A stretch of DNA of 64,000 bases, taken from NCBI RefSeq assembly GCF_018977255.1, contig NW_024704743.1:27840001-27904000 (forward strand), written 5' to 3'. Position numbers and translations under genes: made by a program. Source of the DNA: Callorhinchus milii. Its lineage: Eukaryota. Under the pieces are notes generated by a model, which was not told the origin of the DNA, did not search any database, and was given only the letters and a program-made list of their open reading frames with translations. Every line of letters begins with the position of its first letter. The first letter of the stretch is position 1. Of the stretch, positions 38,786 through 51,108 are shown piece by piece.

Positions 38786-39739
38786 AATGTGTCCTCCACA
38801 TTGGTCCATCCCTCTGCTCTCTCTTCATCCCTTCTCCATTACTGTAAAATTACAAGTACAGTAGTTTTATGTAGAAGCAGTTTTAAGAAGCGAAAAGGGA
38901 TTTAAAAAGAAATTAAAGCAGGAAATAACCAGTTTGATATGCATTTGAAGTCAATGGGGGAGGTTGGGCTGTTGCATTGAATTGGACCAAAGCCTTGGAT
39001 CTCAGCCAGTTAGTTCACGCTGCTGATATCAAGTTGGACTTGCAACAGGTTTGAGAGAGGCCTCCAACGTGGGAGTTGCCATCATGATTTTACGAGAATT
39101 CTTGTTGAAGGGATAGTAATAATAATAATAATAATTCTTGCATTTGACATAGCGCCTGATCACATCTTTGAGTCATGTCAAAGAGCTTCACAAATGTACT
39201 CTTTGGTGAATTCACTGTATATTTTGTGGAGGAAACGCTGCAGCCAATTGCGCACAGTAGTATTCCACAAAGTCGTGGATTGAGTGACCGTTTTTTTAAA
39301 GGAATTATTTTTTGATGGATGAAAAAGTATGACAGGCTGTTTTGTAAGCAGTCTTGCTTAAACTTTGATACATTGCAGCCATTATTACAAGGTTACATTT
39401 TCTTTTCATCAGCTCCAAAATTTTGATATTACCCCTTTAACTGGACCACTCATTGCATCCAATTTATTGAATGAATTAGTGTTGTGCGAAGGGGGAGGAC
39501 CAACAGAAGTGGCACTTTAAATGATGCCTTAACATTAATATTCCTATAAATTTAAATGATAATCTTCTGATAGACATCTTTATCCACAATTAGACACGAA
39601 AATCTGAGAATTCACAAATAGTTAACCCTTAAAAAGAAAATGATTTTTACAATGCCATGAATAATATAACTTTCCTTTTGAAAAAAAAATCCTGCACCAG
39701 AATGTATTGCAGATGTTAAACCATGAGAATGCTTTCCAA

Positions 39740-40205
39740 GGGATTCGGTGGTGCAGTGGGTTAGCAAACTGTTTTTTGCCTCCAGCAACTGGGTTTGAAT
39801 CCATCCCACATAATGGGATGAAAGTCTCCTCTCATTGCCAGCAGAAAGGGTCCCATAAGAAATGAGTTTGGGAAGTCTTAATCCAGTTTTTAGACATGTC
39901 AATTCATAGCATAAAAGTACACTGTAATGGCACAGATTATACAGAGCCTGACACAGAGTCTCACTCAGAGAACACATGATGGCTGGTTTGGGAAACGCAT
40001 GATTCACAGGGGTGATATTCTGAGCTCTTTGGATACGGGGATTAAAACATATTGCTTCAGCAGATGGGGGTTGCAGGGGCTGGGGTGGGGGGGGAGCTTT
40101 GCTTTACATCTGCTCCATACCCTGTCAGTCTAGAAGTTGAATGATCAGTTTTGAAGCTGACACCCAGTACCGAAAGTGCTAACGTGTTCCATTCACCAGC
40201 AATAC
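39740..40205 (+). mobile_element. Old tRNA-derived SINE resembling LF-SINE
   Basis: Box A (GGTGGTGCAGTGGGTTAGC), box B (GGGTTTGAATCC), then GAAATGAGTTTGGGAAGTCTTAATCCAGTT, similar from memory to the LF-SINE central motif. Confidence 0.5.
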
Positions 40206-40269
40206 CGACTCCCACCCTGAAAACACATAATAGTTTTAAAAAGGAAAAAAAAACATTGATTCACAATAT

Positions 40270-40622
40270 GACAAGATGTAAAAGACCCTTTGGTTCATTT
40301 GTTCACATCTCTCCAGAATACTCATTCTACCATCTTTCCATCACAACATCAAGTTTTTTTTAAAAATGAGTCCAGTTTCCGGGTGTCAACCACCCATCCT
40401 GGAAAAACCTGTTCCAGTTGTTAATCACCTTCTGGATACAGAAAAAGTTCCCGATGTCAGTCTTGAGATTGCCCTTTGCAATTCTAAATCTATGTCCTCT
40501 TGTTCTACTGTCTTGGTACATCTTAAGATATTGTTCTGGCTTTACTTTTTAAATCTCATTTACTGTTTTGCATACCTCTACGAGATCTTCTCCAAGACAT
40601 CTCCTTACAAGATTGAAGAGCC
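40270..40622 (-). mobile_element. Degraded CR1 3' fragment
   Basis: Minus translation LGLFNLVRRCLGEDLVEVCK. Confidence 0.75.
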
Positions 40623-40699
40623 CTAATTTGTAATAATAATCTTTGCATTTGATACAGCGCCTTTTCACGTCTTTGAGACGACTCAAAGCGCTTGTTTTA

Positions 40700-41264
40700 A
40701 CCGTTTCCCACATGACTGCTCTAACGCCCTCCTCGCCGGTCTCCCATCCCCTACCATCCATAAAATCCAAATCATTCAAAATTCTGCCTCCCGCATTCTC
40801 ACCCGCACGAAACTCTGCTCCCCAGATCACCCCTGTCCTTGCCAGACTGCACTGGCTGCCTATCCCAGAGAGGATTGATTTCAAGATCCTCACCCTTGTA
40901 TTCAAGTCCCTGTACTCCTCTGCACCCCTACCTCTCTGACCTCCTCTCTCCTGAAAACAGTACCCGTTGCCTTTGTTCCTCCTGGTCTGGTCTCCTCCTT
41001 GTCCCCGAATCCTCCGCTCCACCCTCGGCGGCCGTGCCTTCAGCCAATATGCCCCGAGGCTCTGGAACTCCCTTCCTCACTCCCTTCGTCTCGCTCCCTC
41101 CCTTCCCATTTTTAGGTCTCTGCTGAAAACCTTTCTTTTCGACCGCGTCTTTGGTCACCTTCCCCTCCCCTCCCCCTGGCTTGGTCCCGGGATCCATTAC
41201 TGTGAAGCGCTCTGAGACGCCATCCGGCGTGAAGGTCGCTATATAAATCCAAGTTGTTGTTGTT
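40700..41264 (+). mobile_element. L2-clade LINE 3' fragment
   Basis: ITPVLARLHWLPIPERIDFKILTLVFKSL and GGRAFSQYAPRLWNSLPHSLR...FRSLLKTFLF; (TTG)n tail. Confidence 0.95.
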
Positions 41265-41460
41265 GAGGCAGGAAAATCCTATAATGAGATCCCATTAAAA
41301 GCAACGAAAATCACTGAGCCCACTGGATGGGAATGGGTTAAATGTCTTGAGCAGAAAATTGCAAATGGAATTGGTTTAGCTTTTAATTTTCAAAAGGAAA
41401 ATGACACCGGCTCAAAGTAACAATAATGTTTTAACTCAAAGTAACAATAATCTTGTACAG

Positions 41461-41617
41461 AACGCAAAATACTGCAGATGCTGGAAATATGAAACAAAAA
41501 CAGAAGTCGCTGAGAACACTCAGCAGGTCAGGCAGCATCTATGGAGTGAGTCAACGTTTCGGGTCCACGACCCTTCATCAGAACCACGATCGTTCCCAGC
41601 GACTTCTGTTTTTGTTT
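41461..41617 (-). mobile_element. Penelope-like terminal-repeat insertion with inverted segment and 14-bp target-site duplication
   Basis: Flanking ATAATCTTGTACAG at 41447-41460 and 41618-41631; inverted arms 41492-41517 / 41592-41617; related copies at 45135 and 48393. Confidence 0.8.
41549..41585 (-). ncRNA. Minimal type I hammerhead ribozyme motif
   Basis: Minus strand GGTT-CTGATGA-A-GGGTC-GTG-GACCC-GAAA-CGTT-GACT: conserved core, 5-bp stem II, palindromic AACGTT stem III. Confidence 0.65.
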
Positions 41618-42289
41618 ATAATCTTGTACAGTATGCTCCTGAGCAACTCAACTGTTTGAGATCACAGAAGCATAGCCCAAATCAGTATGTACTTGCTGGG
41701 TCAATAATGAGACTAAGCCTAGTCCTATCAGACATCAAACAACACCAAGGTTTTACTCTTTACAGTGTGAGAAAGTGTTTCTGGTGATAAAAGGTTGTGT
41801 CCGTCTCATGAACAAATACAAAAGCCGGATTCTGTCCCAACAGCAGGCTGATCAGATCCCTCTTCCTTTCCCCACCCCCTCAGCACTACGCGCCTGCTAG
41901 TTGTGAATGGAAGAGGGACACATGAATTCCCTCTGCTACGAGCAGCATGGCTGAAAAGATCTTATTTTACACATCGCTTCACAAATTTCTCAACATTGTC
42001 TCATATCTCATTGCTGGAAGCTGAATATCATGGGCTAATGAGACTTGGAGAAGCATCATACAGAACTGTTTAAATCAATTGTCTGCTTGTAACAAAGCTC
42101 CCTTAATGTGATAAATACAACCATTGTTTCAAACCAACAAATTCTTGTAGCTCACTTAAAACTGCCTTTAACGTACTTTCAAATCAACAGCACTCAGAAA
42201 GAATAGTGACCCAGCCTTTGGTTAAGCAAAAGCAAACCTTCACAGGCTGCCTTCAAATAGGCAAGCTTTGAGCTTATAATATTAACTAT

Positions 42290-42560
42290 CCTTATGTTTG
42301 ATGTATAGTGTCATACTTGTCAGTGAAATTTCTCAAAGCACGGTACGTGTAGTGACCGTGTATTTTGTAGGGGAATGTGGCAGCCAATTTGGACACAGAA
42401 AAGTCCCACAAACTGCCATGAAGTGAATGATCAATTTTATTTAAAGGTTTGCTGGTCAAGACACTAGGAGAAACTCCCTTTTCCTTTTGAACAGGCAGAT
42501 GGAACATCTCACCCGAAGGACGGAACCTCTGACAATGCAGCTCACCCCTAGCACTGCAAC
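42290..42560 (-). mobile_element. SacSINE1-like SINE, internally deleted
   Basis: Reverse Deu motifs. Confidence 0.75.
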
Positions 42561-42569
42561 TCCTCTCTC

Positions 42570-42705
42570 CCTCCCTTCCCTCCCCTCACCCTGACCATTT
42601 CCCCCCTGCTCGGGTCATGACCCAACTGTGCAGCGCCTTGGGACGTCCTCCTGACGTGAAAGGCGCTCTATAAATGGAATCTTGTTGTTGTTGTTGTTGT
42701 TGTTG
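42570..42705 (+). mobile_element. L2 3' end with (TTG)n tail
   Basis: CAGCGCCTTGGGACGTCCTCCTGACGTGAAAGGCGCTCTATAAAT. Confidence 0.85.
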
Positions 42706-42764
42706 CAATGGAGTATCAAGCTACTTGTGAGTTCAAAGTCCTGATAATGTGAATTTGAACTCAC

Positions 42765-43124
42765 AATAATAATAATAATAATCCTTGCATTTAATATAGA
42801 CATCTCAAAGAGCTTTACAGAATGTATTGTAAAGTGAATTGACTGTATATTTTGTGAGTGAAACGCGGCAGCCAATTGTGCACAGCAGTGTCCCACAAAC
42901 AGTCGTGGATTGAGTGACCAAATTATTATTTTTTTTGAAAGAATTATTTCCCCCAGAAAATCAATCCGCCAATTGACTAATAACCAGGTTCCTACTTACT
43001 GCTAGGTAAACAGAGGCGTATGGAGTAAGGAAACTTGCCCAACACTTCACCCTGCCAGGAATCGAACCCAGGTTTCTCTCACTTGGGAGGTAAGTGCGCT
43101 AACAGCTAAGCTACAGGGTTCCAC
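42765..43124 (-). mobile_element. tRNA-derived SINE, long variant, full length
   Basis: Head, central block, Deu body and tail all present. Confidence 0.92.
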
Positions 43125-44019
43125 AATCTTATGACTCAATGGCAAGAGAGCTACGATCTGAACCAAGCTGACAATTATAATGAGCCTCACTTTTGATATT
43201 GTGCCTATAAGTTTGAAATATCTCAAAGTGAATCACCAGTAACTGCTGTCACATTTGGTGACTGTTGTTATAAGCAACATGCAGCCAGCACGGTCGACGA
43301 GGAAGGTCTTTAGAAGGGACTTGAAGGAGACAAGACTCAGCGGTGTGAGTGCTACCAACTGAGCCAGACCAACTCCAATTTGATTGATGCCAATGCAGAG
43401 ATCGACTGTGAGTCTGGTTATGATTCAGTGATTACTTTTCAGGAGCTCAGCATCCAAAATGCAATGGTTCTGTTTTTCAAACATAACCTTGGAAGTGTGA
43501 CAGCAGATTCATGCCCTGCTTAGCTGTTGAGAGATCTCATTATTGCTGGCAAGACTGAACTCATGTAATTGCAGGCATAGGAAGGTGTATTTCATTCATT
43601 CTGTTGAACGTAAAATTATTTTTAGGCTATCGATTGGAAAAATCCTGATTTAGGGCCAGGGCCAGGTGTGGATTTTGTGCTTCTTCATCAGATAGTGGGC
43701 TAAAAATAATTTTGAAAAGTACAACATTTGAAGTTAAAAAGATGTTCCAGCAGTTAGGATTTAAAATAACAAAATCCATTGAAAATCTAAAACAAACACA
43801 GCCAAGTCCCATTATTTGAGTCCATAAAATGAGAGTCTGGTTTATAATTCTGTTCAGTGCATGAATGACATCACATACCAGATATTTCCCCTTTGTACCC
43901 TTATTATTTGTCCTTTTCTCTTGGACACCTCAATGAGCTCTGTATCTATGGTCTTCTGACTCAGTCCTTTCCACGTTCTCATCACCTTTTTTGGTTTCTG
44001 AACTGGAATTGTTTTGTTT

Positions 44020-44880
44020 GACGTCAACAAAACCGAGGCTCTCCTGATTAGCTCCCGTCAGCGTCTCCACACCTCAGGCTTTGTCAGCATCACCATCCAT
44101 GGTTGCACACTCCACCTTGCTAAGCCAGTCCGTAATCTTGGTGTCATGTTTGACCCTTAGCTATCCTTTCTACCCCACATCCATGCCATGACCCACTCTG
44201 CCTCCCCCACCTCCGCAACATCGCCCGGCTCCGACACTGTCTCACACCGGAGGCTGTCAAAACCCTCATACATGCATTCATAACATCCAGGCTTGACTAT
44301 GCAAACTCCTTGCTTGTCGGCCTCCCCAAATCCTCCCTCCATAGGCTGCAGATCATCCAGAACTCTGCAGTCCATGTCCTCTCCAACATCAGGTTCCGTG
44401 ATCCTATCATCCCCATCCTCACCTAACTCCACTGGCTTCCCATCACACAGAGGATACAGATCAAGATCCTGGGCCTCACCTTCAAAGCTCTCCATGGCCT
44501 AGCTCCCCCCCTACCTCTGTGACTTCCTAACCCCTTACCATCCTGCTCACTCCCTCTGCTCAGTGGGCTCCAGCCTGCTTCACGTCCCCTGCCTTGCCTG
44601 CCCCACCATTGGTGGGCAGGCCTTCTACCACTCTTCCCCCACCCTCTGGAACTCCATCCCGCAGTCCCTCCACCTCGCCCCCTCCCTTGCCTCCTTCAAG
44701 ACCCATCTCAAGAGCCTCCTCTTCGACCGTGCTTTCAATTACGCTCCATCTCCCACTACCCATCACCCTGCCCAATCCCGATCCCCAGCTCAGTTCTGAA
44801 ACACTGACTGTCCAGCTCCTTGGGACATCCTCCCGAGGTGAAAGTGCTATACAAATGGAATTTTGGTGGTGGTGTTGTTT
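44020..44880 (+). mobile_element. L2-clade LINE 3' fragment (~860 bp)
   Basis: Conceptual KTEALLISSRQRL, VRNLGVMFD, SRLDYANSLL, GGQAFYHSSPTLWNSIP, FKTHLKSLLF. Confidence 0.95.
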
Positions 44881-45134
44881 CTGAACTGCCTTTCACAAGC
44901 TAAGTTTTACTTTTGATGCACCAACCAGTTTTACTTGGTCAATATTCTTTGTTACTTTGAGCCCCTTACTCAGAACACTCAACACCTTACTCAGAATACT
45001 CAACAAATGATTTTATTCCAAGTGGCATCCTGGTGAAATATCACTGGACTTCCACCGAGGTCAATATATCCTTTCTCATATCCTTCCATGCTTCAGTGAG
45101 CTGCCAAACGGTGAACCAATTGAGTTCTAACCAC

Positions 45135-45400
45135 AACCAGAGATCACTGGGAACACTCAGTAAGTCAGGCAGCATCTATGGAGAAAGGAAAGTGGGTCAG
45201 TGTTTCGGGTCCATGACCCTTCGTCAGAACCGGGGCATGTTGGGAGGGAGAGTTTTTTAAGGACTAACAGAGAGGGGAGGCAGGATAAGGAAGACAAAGG
45301 AGAAAACGGGGTGGAAGGCAGGTGGGTTAAAGAGGTGTTAATGATGCAAAACAAAGGAAGACAGCAGAGGCTGACCCGAGAAAGAAAAGGTGTAACAGAG
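45135..45400 (-). mobile_element. Penelope-like fragment with mutated hammerhead motif (45196-45230)
   Basis: Minus CTGACGA-A-GGGTC-ATG-GACCC-GAAA-CACT; flanks match the 41461 insertion; followed by a purine-rich tract on the + strand. Confidence 0.7.
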
Positions 45401-46054
45401 AGATGTTTGAAACTCAGGTAGTAGATGAGTAGGAGGCTGCAGTTCAGCAGCTTGAAGGTCTAGTGCGACGCAGAGAGCTGATTTGCCCCATTCTTTAAAC
45501 AGCAGAAGTGCCCTTATTTTTAGAATAGGAACTGCTGAAGACTGTAGCACTGTGGTATACTGTCGCCATTAGTACATTGTGTGCTTAGAGCTGGGTTTCC
45601 AAAATCCAGGCCTGCTGGCCAGACAGTCAGATAGCAAACTGTTAGGCTTGGGAGGAGAATGCGGTAGGTTTTTGTGATGGAACATGTTTACTGGAGTGTG
45701 GGGCTTTACCTGCCCGTGAGGCCTGAGCTAAAGGGAGAAAAGGTGAGAATGGTAACACAAGTGCAATGGCACAGGACAGGACACATTCGGTCATCTCTGT
45801 AAATTGTCTTGATTTAAAGATTTAGGTCAGCCCTCTGCTGCTTTACTTACATAAATGGGAGGAAAATAATTGAGGTACACTTGTTTCCTTAATATTTGAC
45901 GATGATATTTTCAGTCCTTCTATGGAGTTCTAAACGTGCATCACTTTGACCTCTGCTCTGACATGCCCACCAGGTGATTATGTGGGAACACAGTTCAAGA
46001 GTCCAGGAAAACAACTTCCAAATTAAGTCTAAAGTTTTAAGAACTTTCCAAAAT

Positions 46055-46300
46055 TCACAACATCACAAGATTGGTTTGGTTTCCACTGTCCTGGCCTCCA
46101 CCTCCTTTCTTAGCAACTTGTTCCAATCATTGATTACCCTCTGAGTAAAGAACTCCCTGATATCTGCGCTAACATTACCCTTCACAACTCAAAACCTATG
46201 TCTTCTTGTTCTACTGCCTTGTTGCATCCTTGAGTATTGATCTGTGTTTACTTTTCCAATCTGTTTTAAAAATGTATGAGGTTTCCTGAGTCATCTTCTC
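46055..46300 (-). mobile_element. Degraded CR1 3' fragment
   Basis: Resembles 40350-40600 (TTGTTCCAATCATTGATTACCCTCTGAGTAAAGAA). Confidence 0.65.
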
Positions 46301-46996
46301 CTTTAAAGATTCTAAATTCTCATAAAGCTAAGACCATGGGGATTTTGCAAGATGTCCATTATAAACTGTTTGGAAAACATATTGCAATAAATTTGCAGTC
46401 TTCTCATGTTTTGAATCACTGACTGAGCAATTTCTGGCTTGTAGCACAAAGCATACAAAACAAATAATTTGTTTTCCTAATTATTTTGTCAACTTATTTG
46501 CTCTACCGTAATATTCTGAACTGTCTGTAAGAAGCTGCTATTACCATTAATTATATCTTTCTGTGATGTCTACAGTAATTCAACTTACGTTACTATTAAA
46601 TTACTGTTATTATTTGAGAAATTGATTGCAGGTTACTTACCGAACTTATCAAAGCCGTTCATAAAGTGTTAGATTGAGGATTAATGAGCCAGTGTTCACA
46701 CTAAACCTCAGGAGATGTTCCTTCATAATTACAGATGCATCTGATAATAAGAAATTTTAATTTTAGAAGGCGAAAGGATCAGAAGTCTTTTCTCTCACTG
46801 ATTGTGCCTTCACCCACCTTCCATCTCCCAGTCGACCGTCTCTCCCACCTCCCCCTCCCCCCCCACCCCCAGCAATCCCCCACCTTGATCGGGATATCTG
46901 TAAACCATGTTGAGGTGTTTTGAAAGTTGTTGTTGATTCAAGTGTTGTGATATTGGACTAGTGTTTTTTTTACCTGTAGATTTAGTCTGCAACTTT

Positions 46997-47365
46997 AGTC
47001 CTGTAGCTCAGTAGCTAGAGCACTCGCCTCGCAAGCGAGAGATCTGGGTTCGATTCCCAGCAGGACGAAAAGTTGAGCAAGTTTCCTTACTCCACACGCC
47101 TCTGTTTACCTAGCAGTAAGTTGGAACCCGGTTGTTAATCGTTCGGGTATCACTTTTCCGGAGGTATTAATTCCTTCAAAAAATAAAAAATAATAATAAT
47201 TTGGTCAGTCAATCCACGACTGTTTGTGGGACACTGGTGTGCGCAATTGGCTACTGCATTTCGCCTACAAAATATACAGTCAATTCACTTTACAGGATAA
47301 TCTGTGAAGCGCTTTGCGAAGACATGATAAGGTGCTATGTTAAATATAAGGATTATTATTATTAT
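46997..47365 (+). mobile_element. tRNA(Ala)-derived SINE, long variant, full length
   Basis: Anticodon arm CTCGC-CTCGCAA-GCGAG (CGC = Ala), box B GGTTCGATTCC, central block, Deu body, tail. Confidence 0.93.
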
Positions 47366-47952
47366 AAATCAGTGGTTACTCGCTTGCTACCTAATATTCT
47401 TGTAGCATTCATAATGAGGATACCGTGTGATTTTTTATAGACCTTCAAAAGAGATGGATAATATTGAGTAGAAGTAACTTGTGTCGAGATCTGTTGATGT
47501 TCAGTCCTGAATCTCAACGAGTTAACCAGTTTTCCTCGCAAATCAGCCATTCTGGTGCTAACTACTAATTTATATGGCCTGATATGGTGCCAGTTCCCCG
47601 ACCACCAGTAGCGAACATTATCAGGGCAGATCTGGAATGCTATATCTCCACGTGATGTGAGGGAGATGAATATTATGATATTTACTGCATCATATCAGAT
47701 ATTGGGGTCTGATATTCAGAATTTCTGAGAAAATTATTCAGTGAGGAATCCCTTTGGAAAATCTGCCAATCCGTGGGAACACCTCTCCAGAAGTATTGTT
47801 AGAACAAACCCTACATCTGGACATTACTGTTAGTCACTGGATTAAGTCACCATTTGTGCAAGTTGATTTCTTATTGCAGGATTCGAGTAAAAAAAACACT
47901 ATAATTCAGATCCCATTTATCCTTCTGTTTGACATTTTGTAGATGGAAAATT

Positions 47953-48192
47953 ACCTGTTCAGATGGACGTGAAAGATCCCATGGCACTATTTGAAAAGTG
48001 AAGGGAGTTTCTCCCAGTTTCCTGATCAACCATCCCCCAAATAAAATTGGTCATTCACTTCATGACTGTTTGTGGGACATTGCTGTGCCTCATTCACTTT
48101 CAAAATACCCAGTCAGTACATTTTACAGTAACTGCTTTGAAGTGCTTTGAGACCTCCTCTCGACATAATATGCTTTATCAAATGTAAGGATT
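47953..48192 (+). mobile_element. SacSINE1-like SINE 3' part
   Basis: GGACGTGAAAGATCCCATGGCACTATTTG Deu motif. Confidence 0.8.
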
Positions 48193-48392
48193 GTGCTAGT
48201 ACTGGAGAGCTGAAAGTTTAGTAGGAAACAAATCCTTACCACATAGAAATAATGCTTAAAGAAAAATTGCCACAAAATGCCTCATTCACACAGCATCAAA
48301 TTGTGCTCGCCCCATATTGTACTGTTTATACTCAGGTAACACGTGGATGCAAGAAAAAAGAAAGATGCAGGTGTTTCAGAATGATGTTGAGG

Positions 48393-48520
48393 ATAAAAAC
48401 AAAACACTGCAGATGCTGGCATCTGAAACAAAAACAAAGAGAGCTGGGAATACTCAGCAGGTCAGACAGCATCTTTGGAGAAAGGAAAGTGAGTCAACGT
48501 TTTGGTTCCACAACCCTTCT
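48393..48520 (-). mobile_element. Penelope-like terminal fragment, hammerhead core decayed
   Basis: ACTGCAGATGCTGG...ACTCAGCAGGTCAGACAGCATC...GTCAACGTTTT matches the 41461 copy. Confidence 0.75.
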
Positions 48521-49208
48521 GATGTTGAGGATAGTTTGTTTCACGTCAGATCGATAGTAATCTAAAATGTTGGACTTAGCACTGAAACCCTTAAGACCCA
48601 AAAATAGAGCTAAAAATAGTGAACTGTTCATTGTTTGTATATGGTGTATATGGTCATGATCAAGCAAGGAAATGATTGTTCTGAACAGATTGCTATTTTT
48701 AACAATCAGCAGGTCTGATAGATTCTCAACGTGCAGTTTACCAAAAGCTATATCTAGAAGTATTGTGGAAGATTTTGCAACAGCCATATCACTGCCAATA
48801 ATTGACTGAACTCCATGGCTTGGAGTGCTACAGTACTAAATGGTGGCAGACACAGCACCCATTACTTTCTCTGTGGTTGAGGAAGATTCAGATGGAACAT
48901 TACGTCTAGAAGATTTTCATCAGTTTTTTACTTCATTATTCAGTTATTAATAGTGCAGTAAGAGAAGCACTTCCACCCCTTTCCCCTTCCTACAACAAAG
49001 AGAATTTACAATCTTTTTGAGGGCATTTACCTTTGCTTGAAATTAAATATTGGGAATAGAAAGTATTCATAATTTGAAGGTTGCTTCTAGACCTGCAACC
49101 CTGGGAAAATATTACAGTGATGATTGATCCCACAGTGCAGTAACAGCAGGAAAGAGGAGTCAGCGGAAGAGCTGTCAGAGCAGTCTTCAATGTCCTCGCT
49201 TTTCACAG

Positions 49209-49341
49209 TTGCAGTAAGCACACATGCCAGGGTGCACCAAGCTGCCCATGTAAAGTTTAATGAACTCAGTTCGATGACTAACTTTTTGTGCAAGGAGACT
49301 CTGGACTTTGCTCATCACCTGCAGCTTCTGGAGACTATTAT
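49209..49341 (+). other. Possible isolated spliced exon (coding status unknown)
   Basis: Pyrimidine-rich acceptor ...CCTCGCTTTTCACAG and donor AT|GTGAGT; one open frame; peptide not recognised. Confidence 0.25.
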
Positions 49342-50974
49342 GTGAGTGTGGGCCAATAGGGTTTTTGTGGGTATAACTTGAACAATACATTTATAGATTT
49401 ACTGTACTCATCAAAAAGAACTCCACTATGTAGCCAAATTCCCTTGTTTCTAAGCAACTGAAGAGTGGTTGGAAAAGAATTTTTTGAGTTGGGCTTGAAA
49501 CAAGCAGCTCTGTTATTATCTGCTCAGAACTGGTTTGGCACAATTTGATTTCAACCTTCCGTTTATACATGCATCCCTTGTAAAAAGATGATATGTGGCA
49601 GTGGGTTGTTGAGTTTGAAAAAAAATCTACTCAGCGAGTGGCCTGACCCACATTATCCGTGAATGGGAATGTTTCTCATGGCTTAATGTGTTTGTGATGG
49701 TTGGGTTATGACGAATTGAATATTTTTCACGATTGCCAATCTTCCATACAAGCGACTGTTTATTGCTACTTCAGACTTTTGTTTTGCTGTTTGCAAGCGC
49801 TTGTTTTTTTGCTAGTTTTTTGTTCATAAGCTGAATAACTTTCCCAAATTTGGAATTGCAGCTAATGAGATTGGGTGAAAGAGTAGAAACTGTCTCACAT
49901 CCTTGAAACATTAAGTGATTACTCTGGCAGTTCAGTGGTTGAGTGCATTACAAGTTTAATCTCTATTCTGAGATGAATTAGCTTAGCTCAAGTAGGGTTG
50001 GCCTCAGTGCCTGTGGGTATGGAAGGAGGTAAAAATTTGGCTTGGAAATGCAATATGTGATGTGATGATTATCGTTGGTGAAACACATTGCTCCCCAGGC
50101 AGCAACAGTGACTGCAGTCAGAGGCTTCTAATAATAATAATAATCCTTGCATTTGACACAGTACCTTATCAAGTCATTGAGACGTCTTGAAGCGCTTTAC
50201 AGATTATTCTATAAATTGAATTGACTGTATATTTTTGCTGGCTAAACTTTCTGCCAGCTTTCAGCCAAACCATTGTGGTCAAGTAGAAACGGTGTGAGGA
50301 GGGTATGGATGTGGGGAGGGTGTGGGTGGGGGATAGTATTTCACTTTCTTAATGTTTGGTGACTCTAGTGACTATCCTCTTTGGCTAGTGACTATCCTCC
50401 TTGGTGACTTAAATGCATGTGGTAATGTATAGGCTGAGTAGCAGGTCTGTTGTCACAAACTGTACAAAGTTGCCTTCAGTCTTGGTTGGAAAGGATGAAG
50501 AATGTAATAACCTCTTATGTAAACTCACACTACAGAGCCAGTTCTATCATGCAGAGTACTTTGATACCTGCACCAAAAAACGTTTTGACTCATGGCCTAT
50601 ATTTATCAGCAGTACTTTGTGCTCTTCCATTTGTTGGCCTTATCATATCTTGGAATGGAAAACATTCCCAACCAACCCTCATTTAGATTCCAGTCAAATA
50701 CACAATGCAGGCACTGATTACTGAAGTTGTCAGGACCAAAAACTGTCACCACAGGTTCTTTGTGACAATAGTGCTGCCGTTCGTAGTTAGTGTGACCTTG
50801 ACCCGATCGAGATTGAGTGAGTTCACCAGTGTTCTAAATGCAGTTTATAGATTGAAGCTTCCTGGCATTGGGCCCTAGAAGGCTTCAGATGCATTGCTTA
50901 GCAACTGGACTGCTAACATTAAACTTGTGCTAAAATTTGATTTGTTCTGGGTAGTGATAAAGCTAAAACTGGTG

Positions 50975-51108
50975 GGTTGGAGACTAAGGAGGCAGTGGAA
51001 CCAGGGTGAGAGACTAGGCGGACCTGGGACCATGGCTAGAGACTGAGGAGGAGGTGGAACCAGGGTTGGAGACTGAGTAGAAGTGGGACAGTGACTGGAA
51101 AGTGAGGA
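50975..51108. repeat. Degenerate ~29-30 bp minisatellite, about 4.5 units
   Basis: Units like GGTTGGAGACTGAGGAGGAGGTGGAACCAG. Confidence 0.8.

Noticed and set aside
47370..47750. Possible further palindromic element
   Set aside because: Only short (8-bp or less) scattered inverted matches; no definable TIR or TSD
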